A stretch of 64,000 nt of DNA from Yuukianura sp. NJ FZ-2021. Taxonomy: Eukaryota. A program made the translations under genes and the position numbers. Every line of letters begins with the position of its first letter. Positions within the stretch are counted from its first letter, which is position 1. Of this stretch, positions 14,396-27,900 are shown one piece after another. Under the pieces are notes generated by a model that did no database searches, was not told the origin of the DNA, and worked only from the letters and a program-made list of their open reading frames with translations. The stretch spans positions 4,216,001-4,280,000 of the forward strand of contig CM102284.1 in the NCBI GenBank assembly GCA_046563655.1, in the 5' to 3' direction.

Positions 14396-15980
14396 TACTT
14401 CAATTAATATTGTCTGACCCTGGCCCATTTTTAATTCGGACCACTCGGAAGTTCTACCCATGTATCACTTTCCCATAATTTGCCAAATCCGCAATTTTGC
14501 ATTATTATTAAGTAAATGGAAATTTATTATTTAGAACAATAATAATGAACACTTGGATAAAACTTAAGAACTAAAGATAAAACTAAAGACTAAGTAAATG
14601 TAATTTGGGTAAAATTGAACCTAACCTAAGGTCTTTTGAATTCTTTGGCCTGTTCGTTTCTAGTCATTTTACTTTTGGCCAAATTTTTCTGGCCATTTCA
14701 CCTGCTACGAATAAATGTTAACTCGTTACAATTTTTAATTTCAATTAATCAATTAAGGAAGCAGTAAAGAATTATATTAATTTAATACGACATACTAAGT
14801 TAACGAGTAGACAACTCATGGTATGACTCTTTTTCTCGAGCTTGGGTATGCATGTTTTGGCTATCTGGGTTTTTATGAGTATGAGAACTGTGCAATTCTA
14901 AATATAGCGATTTCTATTTTATTATTTTTCATTATTAACTTTCCATACTTACTTAGTTTCTCAATTTCATGTCGATTTAATTTGTCAGTCTTAGCGTAGT
15001 TGTTGAGAATCCTTGCTGTGACATCGATCTAAAAATGTTGCAAATACTGAGAATCATTGCGTTACCCCACCCCTTTCGTGTGCAACTGGGCGGAGCCTTG
15101 CGACACATATCTCACTTCACTCCATTCCCACTTGATAGATGCTGCTCGCATCATCAACACCGAATAATACTGCATGTGTAAGTTCATATGTTTTGTTGTC
15201 TCTTCCTCGTTCATCCTTCGTTTTAAAATCCTTTGCTTTTCATCATATGCTTTTTATTTAGATGACTCAAGTTTATTCAAAAGCGAATAAGGGGTTAAAA
15301 GTTATTATAAAGTGATAGAGTGACCTCACAGACCAAAGACGGACGTCACCTCAATTTTAGCCGAAGGGTACTCCCATCGTCATATCCTGATCGTGATCGG
15401 TAATAAACTAACGTTAATAAGCTACCATAACATAGAGAATAGCCAAGGACATTAGATATATTTGCATTGTAGCCACCTCTGCGAAACAATTAGTACATAT
15501 CAGAAATCGGAACGAATTTACGTGGACGTGGAGGACTAGCTGACTTGTGGTCAACCCACTTGCAATCGTTAAAACCTGAACGACCAGTGTCTACGTGGTA
15601 TAACACTTGTAACCAACTAACGAGACGATTGATATTTTTATTCACAGGACGGTTGAATTAGTACTTGCAATCTGGTTTCATACAGAACCGAGATCAGCAT
15701 TGTAAGTTCGATTACTGTCGTCGTTTCGTCCAACTTGGAACATTGGTTGTGAATTCAAGGTACGGTCACCGTAAACAGCTAATTTTATATCGAATTTTAA
15801 GAAGTTTAATTCTACTAAAGATGTTTTTTTTTTTTGTAAATAGGACAAGAGGACAAGACCAGTAGCAGCAGAGTAATACCGACCGAATTATGAACAACAT
15901 TGTGATAGCCACTTTTGAGTCAACGTCACCGTGCAACTCATGACTTGCAGAGACTGGGTTCTCTATTTTGAAATGTAATC

Positions 15981-18900
15981 ATGTCTGACATCGATCCAAC
16001 ATGGGAGGCTGTGATGCGGAGAAACTCGAACTCCGCTCGAGTCACAACGAAACTGCAACAACAACGGCATGGCGGAGAAGACCGTGATCCAGCAGTTTAC
16101 GTGAAAATCGGGCAAGAAGCTTGTCATCGAACTCTTGCCAACAATCGTTCCATATTTCAGGTATGTAGAACGTTTCCTTTATATTAGGTTAAGAGCTTAG
16201 GCTTATTTTTATTATAAAATACAGCGCGCCATTCCAGTTTCGCCAGGTATTTTGCTCATCCACCTTATATATTAGTGAATCTTGCGTTTACGAGTCCTAC
16301 CCGATCGATAGTCCAGTCTATTAGGTCTGGATAAATTTCCTAAAACTAAAGTTAATAAGGATTTAAGTTGCACATTCGGAGCTTTTTCTACTCATAGCCG
16401 GTAGTTTTCATTTTCTGTATGCCGAAGTTTAGTTTGTAGGCAAATGCAAGATTCGGAATCGTTAATGTAGTACAACTTTTTAATCAGAGTCTCACTATCG
16501 CAAGGGCACTGGTTGTGAATATGATCTTTAACAATGCATTCTACAACAACGAAATCTAATTTAATTGTACTTGTATTACCAAGTTACTCAACAGTAATAC
16601 ACACAACAATGGAGGATAGGGACAGAAGGAAATGAAGTGCATTGAGCGTAGCACCTCTCACCATTTTCTGCCTGGCATGGCAATCATTTCATCTAAACTC
16701 ACACGAACACTAGTCTTAACATCCACAGTCAGTCACTAACATTACACAGGAGCAAGCAGTTCACTTCAAATTGCAGAAACTGCATGGCTACAGAATTTAG
16801 TAGATTCAGAATTGAGAATTGGTTTGTGCCGAACAGATTGTGAAGATCAGTAGTCCTTGCAGTACTACTGGCAACAAAGTTAAAAATTTCGAGGTTTATT
16901 GTAGGCATTTACTACTTTTTGCTATTTTGATCATTCTGAAAATTTTGAGTAACTCTTTCCCCAGCAGCAACAATGAAACTCATTAAGCAGTATAAGCCAC
17001 TTTAGTCACGTTTTGCGCTTTAGTGCTTCTCTGAAACTTCAGTTTGGCACACCGTGGCCTCTCTCTCCTCAGCAGAGTGTATATTTCTCAAAAGTGCCTC
17101 TACATTGTTGTACATCCACTTCAAAGTGACAATGAAAAGTTTCGTTCATTCTTTCTTCAACTTGGAATAGTAATTAAGTGCAAGCATTAACTGAAACTGA
17201 CAAAGCCAATTCTGTTGTGCTTTTTTGCAATCTGCAAAGACAAGTTTTTGGTGAAACGTTTTTATTTTTTAATGAAAAGATTGTGAGAGTGGAAGTAAAT
17301 TGATCTTTTTGATTAGAATTTAATAGTCTGTGTGCGGTTTTCCGTTGATTAACAGACACTCTCTCAGTTTATAAGAAGTTATTGTTGTTCAAACCAAGGT
17401 TGATTGGATTTCGGATTGTGTTCAGGTAATTGCCATTCAAATTACTGTTGACTGCACGCGAGAAAATCATCGTATTGTTAAAATTTCCCATCATTTGATG
17501 AATCATGGACTTTCCAGGGCGAAAATAATGAAAACGATGAGAATTTGAGATGGCGCTGGAATTGCTGGATTCCAGCGTTAGTCTTCATTATCATCCTTGA
17601 CCGGTTAAATTTTTTTTGGTTTTGCTTAAAGCAATTTTTTGTATGTAAAATTTTAACAATTGAGAGGATTCTGGCATTTTTTTGCACATGAGTGAGGTGC
17701 AATTTGTATAATTAACTTTCCAGTCTCCAGTTTTTTTGTTCTTTAGCTCGTGGCAATTTCTGTTGTTTTTTGAGCAATGGATAAAATTGAAAAGGTGAAG
17801 GTTAGGTCTTTTGTGTGTTGATTTGCGACTTTTTGCAGAAGTTTAAAGATACGCCTTAACACTATTTTGCCAAAAAAATCAATTGGCAGAACTCAAACCT
17901 TGTGATGAGATGACCTTGGGCAGTGTAGAGGTGAACACGGAGGACTAGTGGACTGGAGATGGCCACTACGTCCTGAGGGCTCTGAATTTGGCATATTGCA
18001 AAAGTTAGTTGTTTTTGCAAAAGTCATGGATTAATTCCCCCCTCCTCATGCCTGTTCACCTGTCTTTATTGTTGTCTTGCATGCGCAAAAAAAGTAGTCT
18101 GGTCACACGAGTTTTCTGCCGAAGGAAACACGCTATGATTGTTATATTCGATTTGTCGGATCATTTTCATTTGATTAAAAGCATTACTTATCGGCACCCG
18201 ATTAGTATTTCTGATCTTGTAGATACTTTTTGATCATCAACTTTTGATGATGATGAAGGATAACCACGCGAAAAACTTATTTCTAAAACAAAAACTGTAA
18301 ATTGAAGTAGAGTTTTTTAAATTGGATTTTTGGGAATTGATGGATTGTGATTGTGAAATGTTTGGAAATTGGTGCGAATTTGGCATACCTGTTTTTGTAT
18401 TTTGTATGAGGCCAATGAGCGAGATAAGATTTAGGTTGGGTGGGTGTGAGAATTGTTGGTTTTACGAAATTTTTGTAATTAGTGCGACAAAGACAATGAA
18501 ATTTTCATTATTTTTTGCTTTTTGTGAGCACATCAACTTAAAAGTAGGTGATGATTTTTTCCTTTGTTCTTTGCCAAAATTTAATTTTAATTCGTTTTTT
18601 GTTTGATTTTTTTTTGCTTCTCGAACTAATGCTGATTGGATGTGACATGACATGACCTTGATTTTTACCTCTTTTCCTATAACCATACACGGAAAAACTA
18701 TGTTTATGTTGTAAGTAGCGTAACGTCATCGGAATTGAAAATGCTACTGTCGTCACGTTGTAATTTTGCACAACAACCTGTTCACCTTAATTTCTAGTTG
18801 TAGTTTTTTGGTGTGTTTAAAAAATTTAGAGAGATGCTGTACAACTGCAGGATGTGATATTTTCCACAATGTTTTTATCAAATGTCAAACGTGACGCCGT

Positions 18901-21900
18901 GTAAGGTCACAGTCTGATGATCTCAATGTCGGACTTTGAAGTTGCCAGTTGCAGAGTATGCAGTGTATGACCTCTTTGAAGGTCAATTTGCGTCAGGATT
19001 TGCTTTCACTAAAGCAAACTTTGACTAAAAGTCAGAATTCAGACAGTCTTCGTTTCTGACAGTTTTGTTGATTGTGTTCCTCAAAATACTTGTTCCATGC
19101 TGCTTGTTGCAACATTGGGAAAACAATTTATTAAATAACTCATAGAGGTACTATTGGAAATCAATCAAGAAATCAATCAATACTGTTGCTGCTGTTTCCG
19201 TTAGTGTTTGCATACAAATCCACTCCATTACGTTAGAGTAATTGTTCCTTAATAAGTAGTTTCCCTTGGAAAAGGTGTCATGTTGAGGTGAGAATGCTGT
19301 TTTGCATGGGCCACCTTCCAATCACAATTAATTACTGGCGAAGTAGCGCAAATTGTAAATTGAGTGACTGGGAACGTATCATTATGAGGCAGATTTCTGA
19401 ATCAGAAGAGTTTTTTCTGATGAAGATACTGCGTCAGAAATGCTTGTTATGTTGCTTGTGAATCTAATGTTAAGTTGGGTTAGTAATAGAGTGAATGTGT
19501 TCTTTTGTTGTGTAAACACTTGTCACCACTTCGGTTGAAGTGTTTGTGGTGGAAATCAACAGAATGAGTGGCAGCATACGGAATTTACAGGTGAATGCAA
19601 TTATTGGTGGCAAATATTTTCTTTTTTGGAATTGGAAAAACTTTCCAAACCGCGTTTTAATAGAATTTTCGTTGATGTGAAAGGAGATGAGAAAAATGAT
19701 GAATGTGATGATGATGGGAGAGCCAGTGAATTGCCAATTTTTGGGTGAATAACGTTTTGAACTTGTGGCTCCTGGTTATTGTGGAAGATTCCTGCTGGGG
19801 TAACAGGATTGGTGTTGTTGTAGCTGCAGGAAACGTTAATTTTATTTGATAGAAGCAAGGCAAACTGGTCTTCTGTGTTAGGTTCTTGCTGCTTCTGTGA
19901 AATGGGGGGAAAGTGGAAGGTTGTTTCGATGATATTGGCAGTACTACCTAAAGATTTCAGTAATTAAAAGGAGTGATGCTGATTTTTAATTAGTTTTTCT
20001 ATAGGAGGTAACTGGTTTATTTATTGGTTCTAAAATAAGGTGTGGATGAAATCCGGAGTAGCAATTTTTGCTGATGGCATGATCAGATTCGATTCAAAGA
20101 TGAGTTTGAGCAGTTAGTTTGCAATTTAACGTGTATTGAGGGGATGACACAATTTGTTAAGCTGGATGAATGAGTTCATGAAGAGACGAGGCATCGAAGT
20201 TTCATTTTATTCTTTTCCTACTACAGTTGACACAGTTTTGGCGCAAAGTACATTTTCTTTTTACTAATTTTTGTTTAGCTTCGAGCATGCTGTTTCATTA
20301 CGTTTTTCTTGTTGGAGGCAGCATTCTAATTTGAGCGCGGCCATTTTAGCGTGATTTTGTTCTTCAAAGTGATGAAAATTGCTTCAAGGAGAAAGACTGA
20401 ATCCAATTTTTTAAAAATAAAATGGTCGTTTCTATTCTTTGGCTGCTGCATGCTGGTGTTGGTAGTTTGATGGGCACATCAAAGACGCGGTGTCTCGTTG
20501 CTTGGCAACCTTTGATGGGATGTTGGATTTGGCTCTGAATGCTTAAAATAGACGGATGTTTGATAGTAGCAGGAGCTACAGGTTGTGGAGTTTTTAAAAC
20601 TAGGACAGGCTGAGTGATGAGACTGTTTTTACAGTTTGGTTCAATTTGAGATGACATCTCGGAAGGACTTGAGATGCTGTAGGGAGTGACGGGTCATTAT
20701 TTGAAGGCAGAAAACAATGGTTGAAGTTGTGCATCTTGTAGAGTTTTGGACTTAATCCATCATTAATTTCTTTTGTCATTATGATCCAGTCTTTTAGGCT
20801 TAAAAAGTTCTCAATGTTTTAAGTTTATGCAGGAAGGAGTAACAATGCACAAGGTTGTTTCGATTTTTCAGGGATGATGAAGGTGGAAAAGCTCAATTTG
20901 TTGCAGATTTTTTGAGACTAAAAAGAATCTGATGAAGGTTTGCACGTTTTTGAAGTTCGTTTCGTCATAGAAGGTTTTTTGATGGGTTGGTTGACAGGAA
21001 TGTAATTTTGGTAAGCGGTTTTGACTAGCAAAGTAAGGTCAACTTCTGTCGTTTTTTGAGACGTGTTGAATTGGACACATTCGACAGACGTGTAGATTGT
21101 AAAGCAATTTTCAATTAATTGTTCCTTCATTTGAAAAGTAATTGAGCTTTCTGTGAGACGGTGAATTGCTAACTCAAACAAAATTTTTTGGTCTTGAACT
21201 TTTATTTGAGGTGCAGCAAAATTAGAGTGTAATTGGTGAATTAAGAATTTGCGAATGTTTTTTGCATAGTAGGATTTTTGGGAGCAAAATCGCCGTCTTT
21301 TGCCCATGACTTTATTTATTGAGGCCGCAAGGAGTCCTAGACGGTGTAATTAAATCCTCACTTTTTGAATGCATGCTGGTTGGAGGGGAGCTGAGAAGTT
21401 ATTATTATGAATTCATCAAAGTCAGAACACGTCAGCGAAATTGGGGCGGACAAGGGAAAAAACGTTTGCGAATTTGAATTGGATATAAGCTGTTGTGCCT
21501 ACATGTGATGTATGAGTATTGCATTGCCAAAAAGAGTTGCAATAATTTAGGAGTTTTTTATGATTTGACTTTTTAGAGGACAAAACAGGGATGATTCTGC
21601 AGAAAAAATTGGGGTTTTTATTCAAGTCGTGTTTAAATTAAAAAGTGGTTCTTACGTCACAAAAAGGAAAAAATAGAAGGAATGTCTCCGATTTTTATTT
21701 GTGAATTTTATGGTTGGCTGATTTTGGATGAAAAAAACTGAACAAGCTTAAAACAATTTTGTGTAGCAAATCCATTTGGTTTTTCTTGGTTTTGGTGTGA
21801 TGGGAAAGTGAGAATTCGGGAAGATAAAAATGCGACACTGTAAATTGCAACATGGAAAGGTTGTTTTCAATACAAATACAGACGATTTCAACAGTATTCT

Positions 21901-24900
21901 GAACGTTGTTACTGCAATTTTGTACTTGCGTCTCATTTTTTCGTTTTGGAAGTCAGATTTTTGGAATTTTCACTTTTACAGATTTTTTTTGTGGTCAACA
22001 TCCGTAACTTGTTACGAAAAGTATGAGGGGGGAAGCATGATTTTCTGCTGAATTGGTGAATTGTGATTTGGTTATTGGCAAACAAGGAAGAATTTAGCGT
22101 GTGAAATATTTTTGGTTAAAATCAGTAGTGGTATTTTACCGTTCAATCGACATTTTTTTTTTTTGCAAAGAGAAGTAAAATGCATGACTGCTGAGACCAC
22201 TGCCACAATTTACAGATATTTCTGTGAATCATTTCTTTTTTTCTATTTTTCCCAAAGTTGGACGTGTTTTGTTCTGCTGATTGTGCTTTTGAAATTTAAA
22301 AGTCCAAATGCAAAACTACCCACTTTGGATATTTTATGCATCAAATTTGATGCATGTTTTTGTGTTCAGGAGATATGATGCTTTTGTGATTCTGTGCTGG
22401 GTATATCCGTAGACGAAATGCATTGTTTAGTACTTCCGCCGGAACTTGGTTAGGGGTACCCCTCCTTGAAATCCTTGGAATAAATAGACTTTTGAGAATC
22501 ATCGTTGGTCGTATACTAAATAATTACCTTTGCTTTGGTCGTTAAGAGTTTTGCAATTGGTTGGTAAATCTCATGCTCATGTTAGTTTTGGACGTGGAAG
22601 TTCAAGTCATTGGCTAATTTTAGAACAAAACTCTTTTTGGAATTAACTTTTTGTAAGTCTTTGAATTTGAATTATGCCGTGGAAGTTGATGGGAATTGAC
22701 AAGATGAGTTATGAATTATGAAAATAATGAAATATGAATGGGAAGAACAAAAGAAAAAAGGACAACAAAGAGATATGATCACGATTGATTGAGGAAGATT
22801 GGAGGCAACATGGACGATGATTGCTCAATGCCTCCTGGATCTAATGTTTCTTTCTGCACATCTTCCTTACTTGTAGAGTTGTAGAAGAGTGAGTGAGCAT
22901 GAAAGAAATTGGGAATTTGTTATAGTGTATGAGGGGGGATTCGTTTTGTTATGTCTTGGCACATTTACGTTCATTGACACTTGAGAGTTGAGAGCGAATT
23001 TAGTGATGAAATATTGATTGATTGGTGATTTGTCGAAGAAAATAACTTTTCTTTTGGTTTTTGTAGCAGAATTAAATCAACTTGAATTCTCAAAAAAGAA
23101 GTAGTTTTTACGCAATATTTTTGTGAGTTCGAGTATCTCTGTGCTGATATTTTTTGAGTATCAAATTTTTAGCTCCTATTCACTATGACTATGAACTTGA
23201 GCCTTGTACGTTGATTGACGTGGAGTATTTTGATACCACGAATTGACGTGATGCAGAATTTTAATTTTGGCGATTTCAGTTCTTTAACCTCTTGAACCCT
23301 AAATACGACTTTAGTAAGTACTTTCTGTGCGGGCTCAGGGGCCTGAATACGACTATAGTCGTACTTTCTGTGCGTGCTCAGGGGCCTGAATACGACCAAA
23401 GTCGTACTTTCTGTGCGTGCTCCGGGGCCTGAATACGACTTTAGTCGTATTCTGTTTCCCTGCTCAGGAGCCGGACTACGACTATTGTCGTATTTTTTTT
23501 TGAAAAAAAAAGAAACGTTTTGTGAAATCTTATTGGCACGGATTCTTTTCGAAAATGAATTGAAAATCTTTTTATAAAAGAAAATTTTTAGAAAATTGAA
23601 AAATCGAAATTTTTTAAATTCTGATGCGTTTTTTTTAAAGAAAAAAAATTAAATTTTAACAACACCGTAAAAACGTATTCCAACGTAATTCGAATTTCTT
23701 GGCCAAAATTCTAATTATAACAAATATTCAAAGTGAGAAAGTGTATTCTTGGGCACATATCACCATTTCTGGATTAGACTATTCTTGATCAGACTTTTCT
23801 GGATCAGACTTTTCCGGATCAGATTTTTCTAAATAAGACTTTTATGGATCAAACTTTTCTGGATCAGACTTTTCTGGCTCAGACTTTTCCGGATCAGATT
23901 TTTCTAAATAAGACTTATGGATCAAACTTTTCTGGATCAGACTTTTCTGACTCAGACTTTTCTGGATCAGACTTTTCCGTATCAGATTTTTCTAAATAAG
24001 ACTTTTATGGATCAAACGTTTCTGGCTCAGACTTTTCCGGATCAGATTTTTCTAAATAAGACTTTTATGGATCAGATTTTTCTAATTAAGACTTATGAAT
24101 CAAACTTTTCTGGATCAGACTTTTCTGGCTCAGACTTTTCTGGATCAGACTTTTCCGGATCAGATTTTTCTAAATAAGACTTTTATGGATCAGATTTTTC
24201 TAAATAAGACTTATGGATCAAACTTTTCTGGATCAGACTTTTCTGGCTCAGACTTTTCCGGATCAGATTTTTCTAAATAAGACTTTTATGGATCAAACTT
24301 TTCTGGATCAGACTTTTCTGACTCAGACTTTTCTGGATCAGACTTTTCCGTATCAGATTTTTCTAAATAAGACTTTTATGGATCAAACGTTTCTGGCTCA
24401 GACTTTTCCGGATCAGATTTTTCTAAATAAGACTTTTATGGATCAGATTTTTCTAATTAAGACTTATGAATCAAACTTTTCTGGATCAGACTTTTCTGGC
24501 TCAGACTTTTCTGGATCAGACTTTTCCGGATCAGATTTTTCTAAATAAGACTTTTATGGATCAGATTTTTCTAAATAAGACTTATGGATCAAACTTTTCT
24601 GGATCAGACTTTTCTGGCTCAGACTTTTCCGGATCAGATTTTTCTAAATAAGACTTTTATGGATCAAACTTTTCTGGATCAGACTTTTCTGACTCAGACT
24701 TTTCTGGATCAGACTTTTCCGTATCAGATTTTTCTAAATAAGACTTTTATGGATCAAACGTTTCTGGCTCAGACTTTTCCGGATCAGATTTTTCTAAATA
24801 AGACTTTTATGGATCAGATTTTTCTAATTAAGACTTATGAATCAAACTTTTCTGGATCAGACTTTTCTGGCTCAGACTTTTCTGGATCAGACTTTTCCGG

Positions 24901-27900
24901 ATCAGATTTTTCTAAATAAGACTTTTATGGATCAGATTTTTCTAAATAAGTGGATCAATGGATCAGACTTTTCTGGCTCAGACTTTTCCGGATCAGATTT
25001 TTCTAAATAAGACTTTTATGGATCAAACGTTTCTGGATCAGACTTTTCTGGCTCAGACTTTTCCGGATCAGATTTTTCTAAATAAGACTTTTATGGATCA
25101 GATTTTTCTAAATAAGACCTTTATGGATCAAACTTTTCTGGATCAGACTTTTCCGGATCAGATTTTTCTAAATAAGACTTTTATGGATCAGATTTTTCTA
25201 AATAAGACTTATGGATCAAACTTTTCTGGATCAGACTTTTCTGGCTCAGACTTTTCTGGATCCGACTTTTCCGGATCAGATTTTTTTAAATAAGACTTTT
25301 ATGGATCAAACTTTTCTGGATCAGACTTTTCTGGCTCAGACTTTTCTGGATCAGACTTTTCCGGATCAGATTTTTCTAAATAAGACTTTTATGGATCAGA
25401 TTTTTCTAAATAAGACTTATGGATCAAACTTTTCTGGATCAGACTTTTCTGGATCCGACTTTTCCGGATCAGATTTTTTTAAATAAGACTTTTATGGATC
25501 AAACTTTTCTGGATCAGACTTTTCTGGATCGATCAGACTTTTCCGGATCAGATTTTTTTAAATAAGACTTTTATGGATCAAACTTTTCTGGATCAGACTT
25601 TTCTGGATCAGACTTTTCTGGATCAGACTTTTCCGGATCAGATTTTTCTAAATAAGACTTTTATGGATCAGATTTTTCTAAATAAGACTTATGGATCAAA
25701 CTTTTCTGGATCAGACTTTTCTGGATCCGACTTTTCCGGATCAGATTTTTTTAAATAAGACTTTTATGGATCAAACTTTTCTGGATCAGACTTTTCTGGA
25801 TCGATCAGACTTTTCCGGATCAGATTTTTCTAAATAAGACTTTTATGGATCAAACTTTTCTGGATCAGACTTTTCTGGCTCAGACTTTTCTGGATCAGAC
25901 TTTTCCGGATCAGATTTTTCTAAATAAGACTTTTCCGGATCAGATTTTTCTAAATAAGACTTTTATGGATCAAACTTTTCTGGATCAGACTTTTCTGGAT
26001 CTGACTTTTCTTCATCAGACTTTTCAAGATAAGACTTTTATGGGTCAAACTTTTCTGGATATACAAAATACATTAAAGAGGTAATGTATTGTTTACGGCA
26101 TATAATATGTGTATATGTTATATTATCCACATAATATAAATAATAATAATATGTTATTCTTATTATTATCATCATATATTACCTTGTTGTAATATATGGT
26201 AAGTACAGTTATTAGCAAGTTTTTGGAAATTATGTTGCAGTACGGCAAGAGTGTGGGTCATAATCCCACCCATGACGTAAATCACTCTTTGCGGCGAAGC
26301 CCCAGTAAGCACGCGGAGCAGCCTCGGCATATTCAATATTTATGCCAGTGGTTAGCATATAATATTATTACAATCAAAAATATTGCACTCGTCATGAAAA
26401 GTTGAGAAAATGGTTTTTGGTTGTCAAAAAAGTGTAAAATATGTTCTCAGAAATGCATTTTGTAACAGTACATAATTTGAATTTTGCTTAAAAGGGACGA
26501 AATACTCCGTCCTTTTTAAGCAAACACTTTCTCGGAAAACTCTTTTTTGGTTTTTTTTTAAATTCTTGATTTTTTTTAAAAAAAAAAAAAAAAACCGCGG
26601 TGTATGTACATGTAGTAAGGCAATGGACAAGAAACTCCAGAATTTTTGTATCATATTATTCCAAAAAAAAATCGGAATTTGTGTCAAACTAAAGTGTTGC
26701 TGAAAAAGTGCAATTTTTACAGTGTTGATGTTTCAGAAAACGTTGTAGCTGCAGTTGTAAACAAGTGAGAGTAGGGCTAATTTGTGTTGTTGGGGTTCGT
26801 AGTGCGAACTTCGCACCATCATCAATTGCGTTTTTCGACGAGAAGTGAGAACCTTGCTTAAACTGTGAAACTACTTTGTACTTTGTTTTTTGTTGCGGTT
26901 GGATTAACTGGGCAGCTAAAACTAATTCAAGGATAGACCATTGAGTTGTAACTCAAAATGTTACTTTTTGGTGAAGTTGGCGTAGCGAAGCAGTATTAAT
27001 TTTATGAGACTTAATAACCTAAGACTAGGGTTTCCGACGTGTGTTGAACAAGCAAAATTTTATGGGCACACAAGACTAAAAGCTAACATAAGTTAGGATG
27101 ATGGATGACCTCTATCAAAACAGAACCCACTCTGTCAAAAGCTTTTGCCAAAATTTATTCATGCCAAATTTAGTGGTCAGACGAAGTCGTGCTGTTGCTG
27201 TTTGTTGGAATAATCGAATCATGCCATATTGTATTGATGACAAAATTGGTAGTGGCTATTTATTAAGGGCAGCAGGGGTCATTGTATGGGTTGTTTATAC
27301 AATTTAATATTTAATGTCCAAGTATCAAGTTTAATGTCTCACGTCCAACAAAAGACTTATTGAAGGTTCCTGGCATAAATTGGGTTGAGTTGAAGTTCTG
27401 GTTCGATAGTTTTGCAATTAAAAGTCTATTTTTGGGATATCATTAAATAGGAGCTATACCGAATTGGCGGAAAACGACGAAACTTTCACCGATCAATTTC
27501 GTGGAACTAATGTTTTTTAAAAGGTTTCAGTTGAAATTAATTTTTTTTTTTTTAAATTTGACAAAATTTATTTCTTTTCTTTTCCGTTTTGGTGCAAGAC
27601 CTTGGTTTTCAACGTTTTTGTTGTTTGCTTGAATAATTATAAGTTAGTAGATTTCGTCAAGTTCTTTTCCTGGACATAGATGGGAGTCCTCACTGTCCTC
27701 TTTGAGGATTCCTCAAAGAGGACAGCTTTTTTTCAGAAATTGAAGTTTGAGGATTTGAGGACTGAAAATTGGGTGAGGATTGAGGAAAGAGGATTTGAGG
27801 ACTGAGATCTGAATGAGGAATGAGGAAAGAGTAATTGAGGACTGAAAGTAAAATGAGGAATGAGTTTTGAAGAATTGAGGATTGAGTTTGGCGTGAGGAT

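Noticed and set aside
23298-23492. CRISPR-like appearance of regularly spaced palindromes
   Set aside because: The sequences between palindromes are near-identical rather than unique spacers, there are no cas genes, and the context is a eukaryotic intron.
23917-26084. ORFs resembling pentapeptide-repeat proteins (DQTFL / SDFSG)
   Set aside because: Artefact of the 15-bp satellite monomer. Frames shift at 13-bp variants, and there is no unique coding sequence or splice structure.
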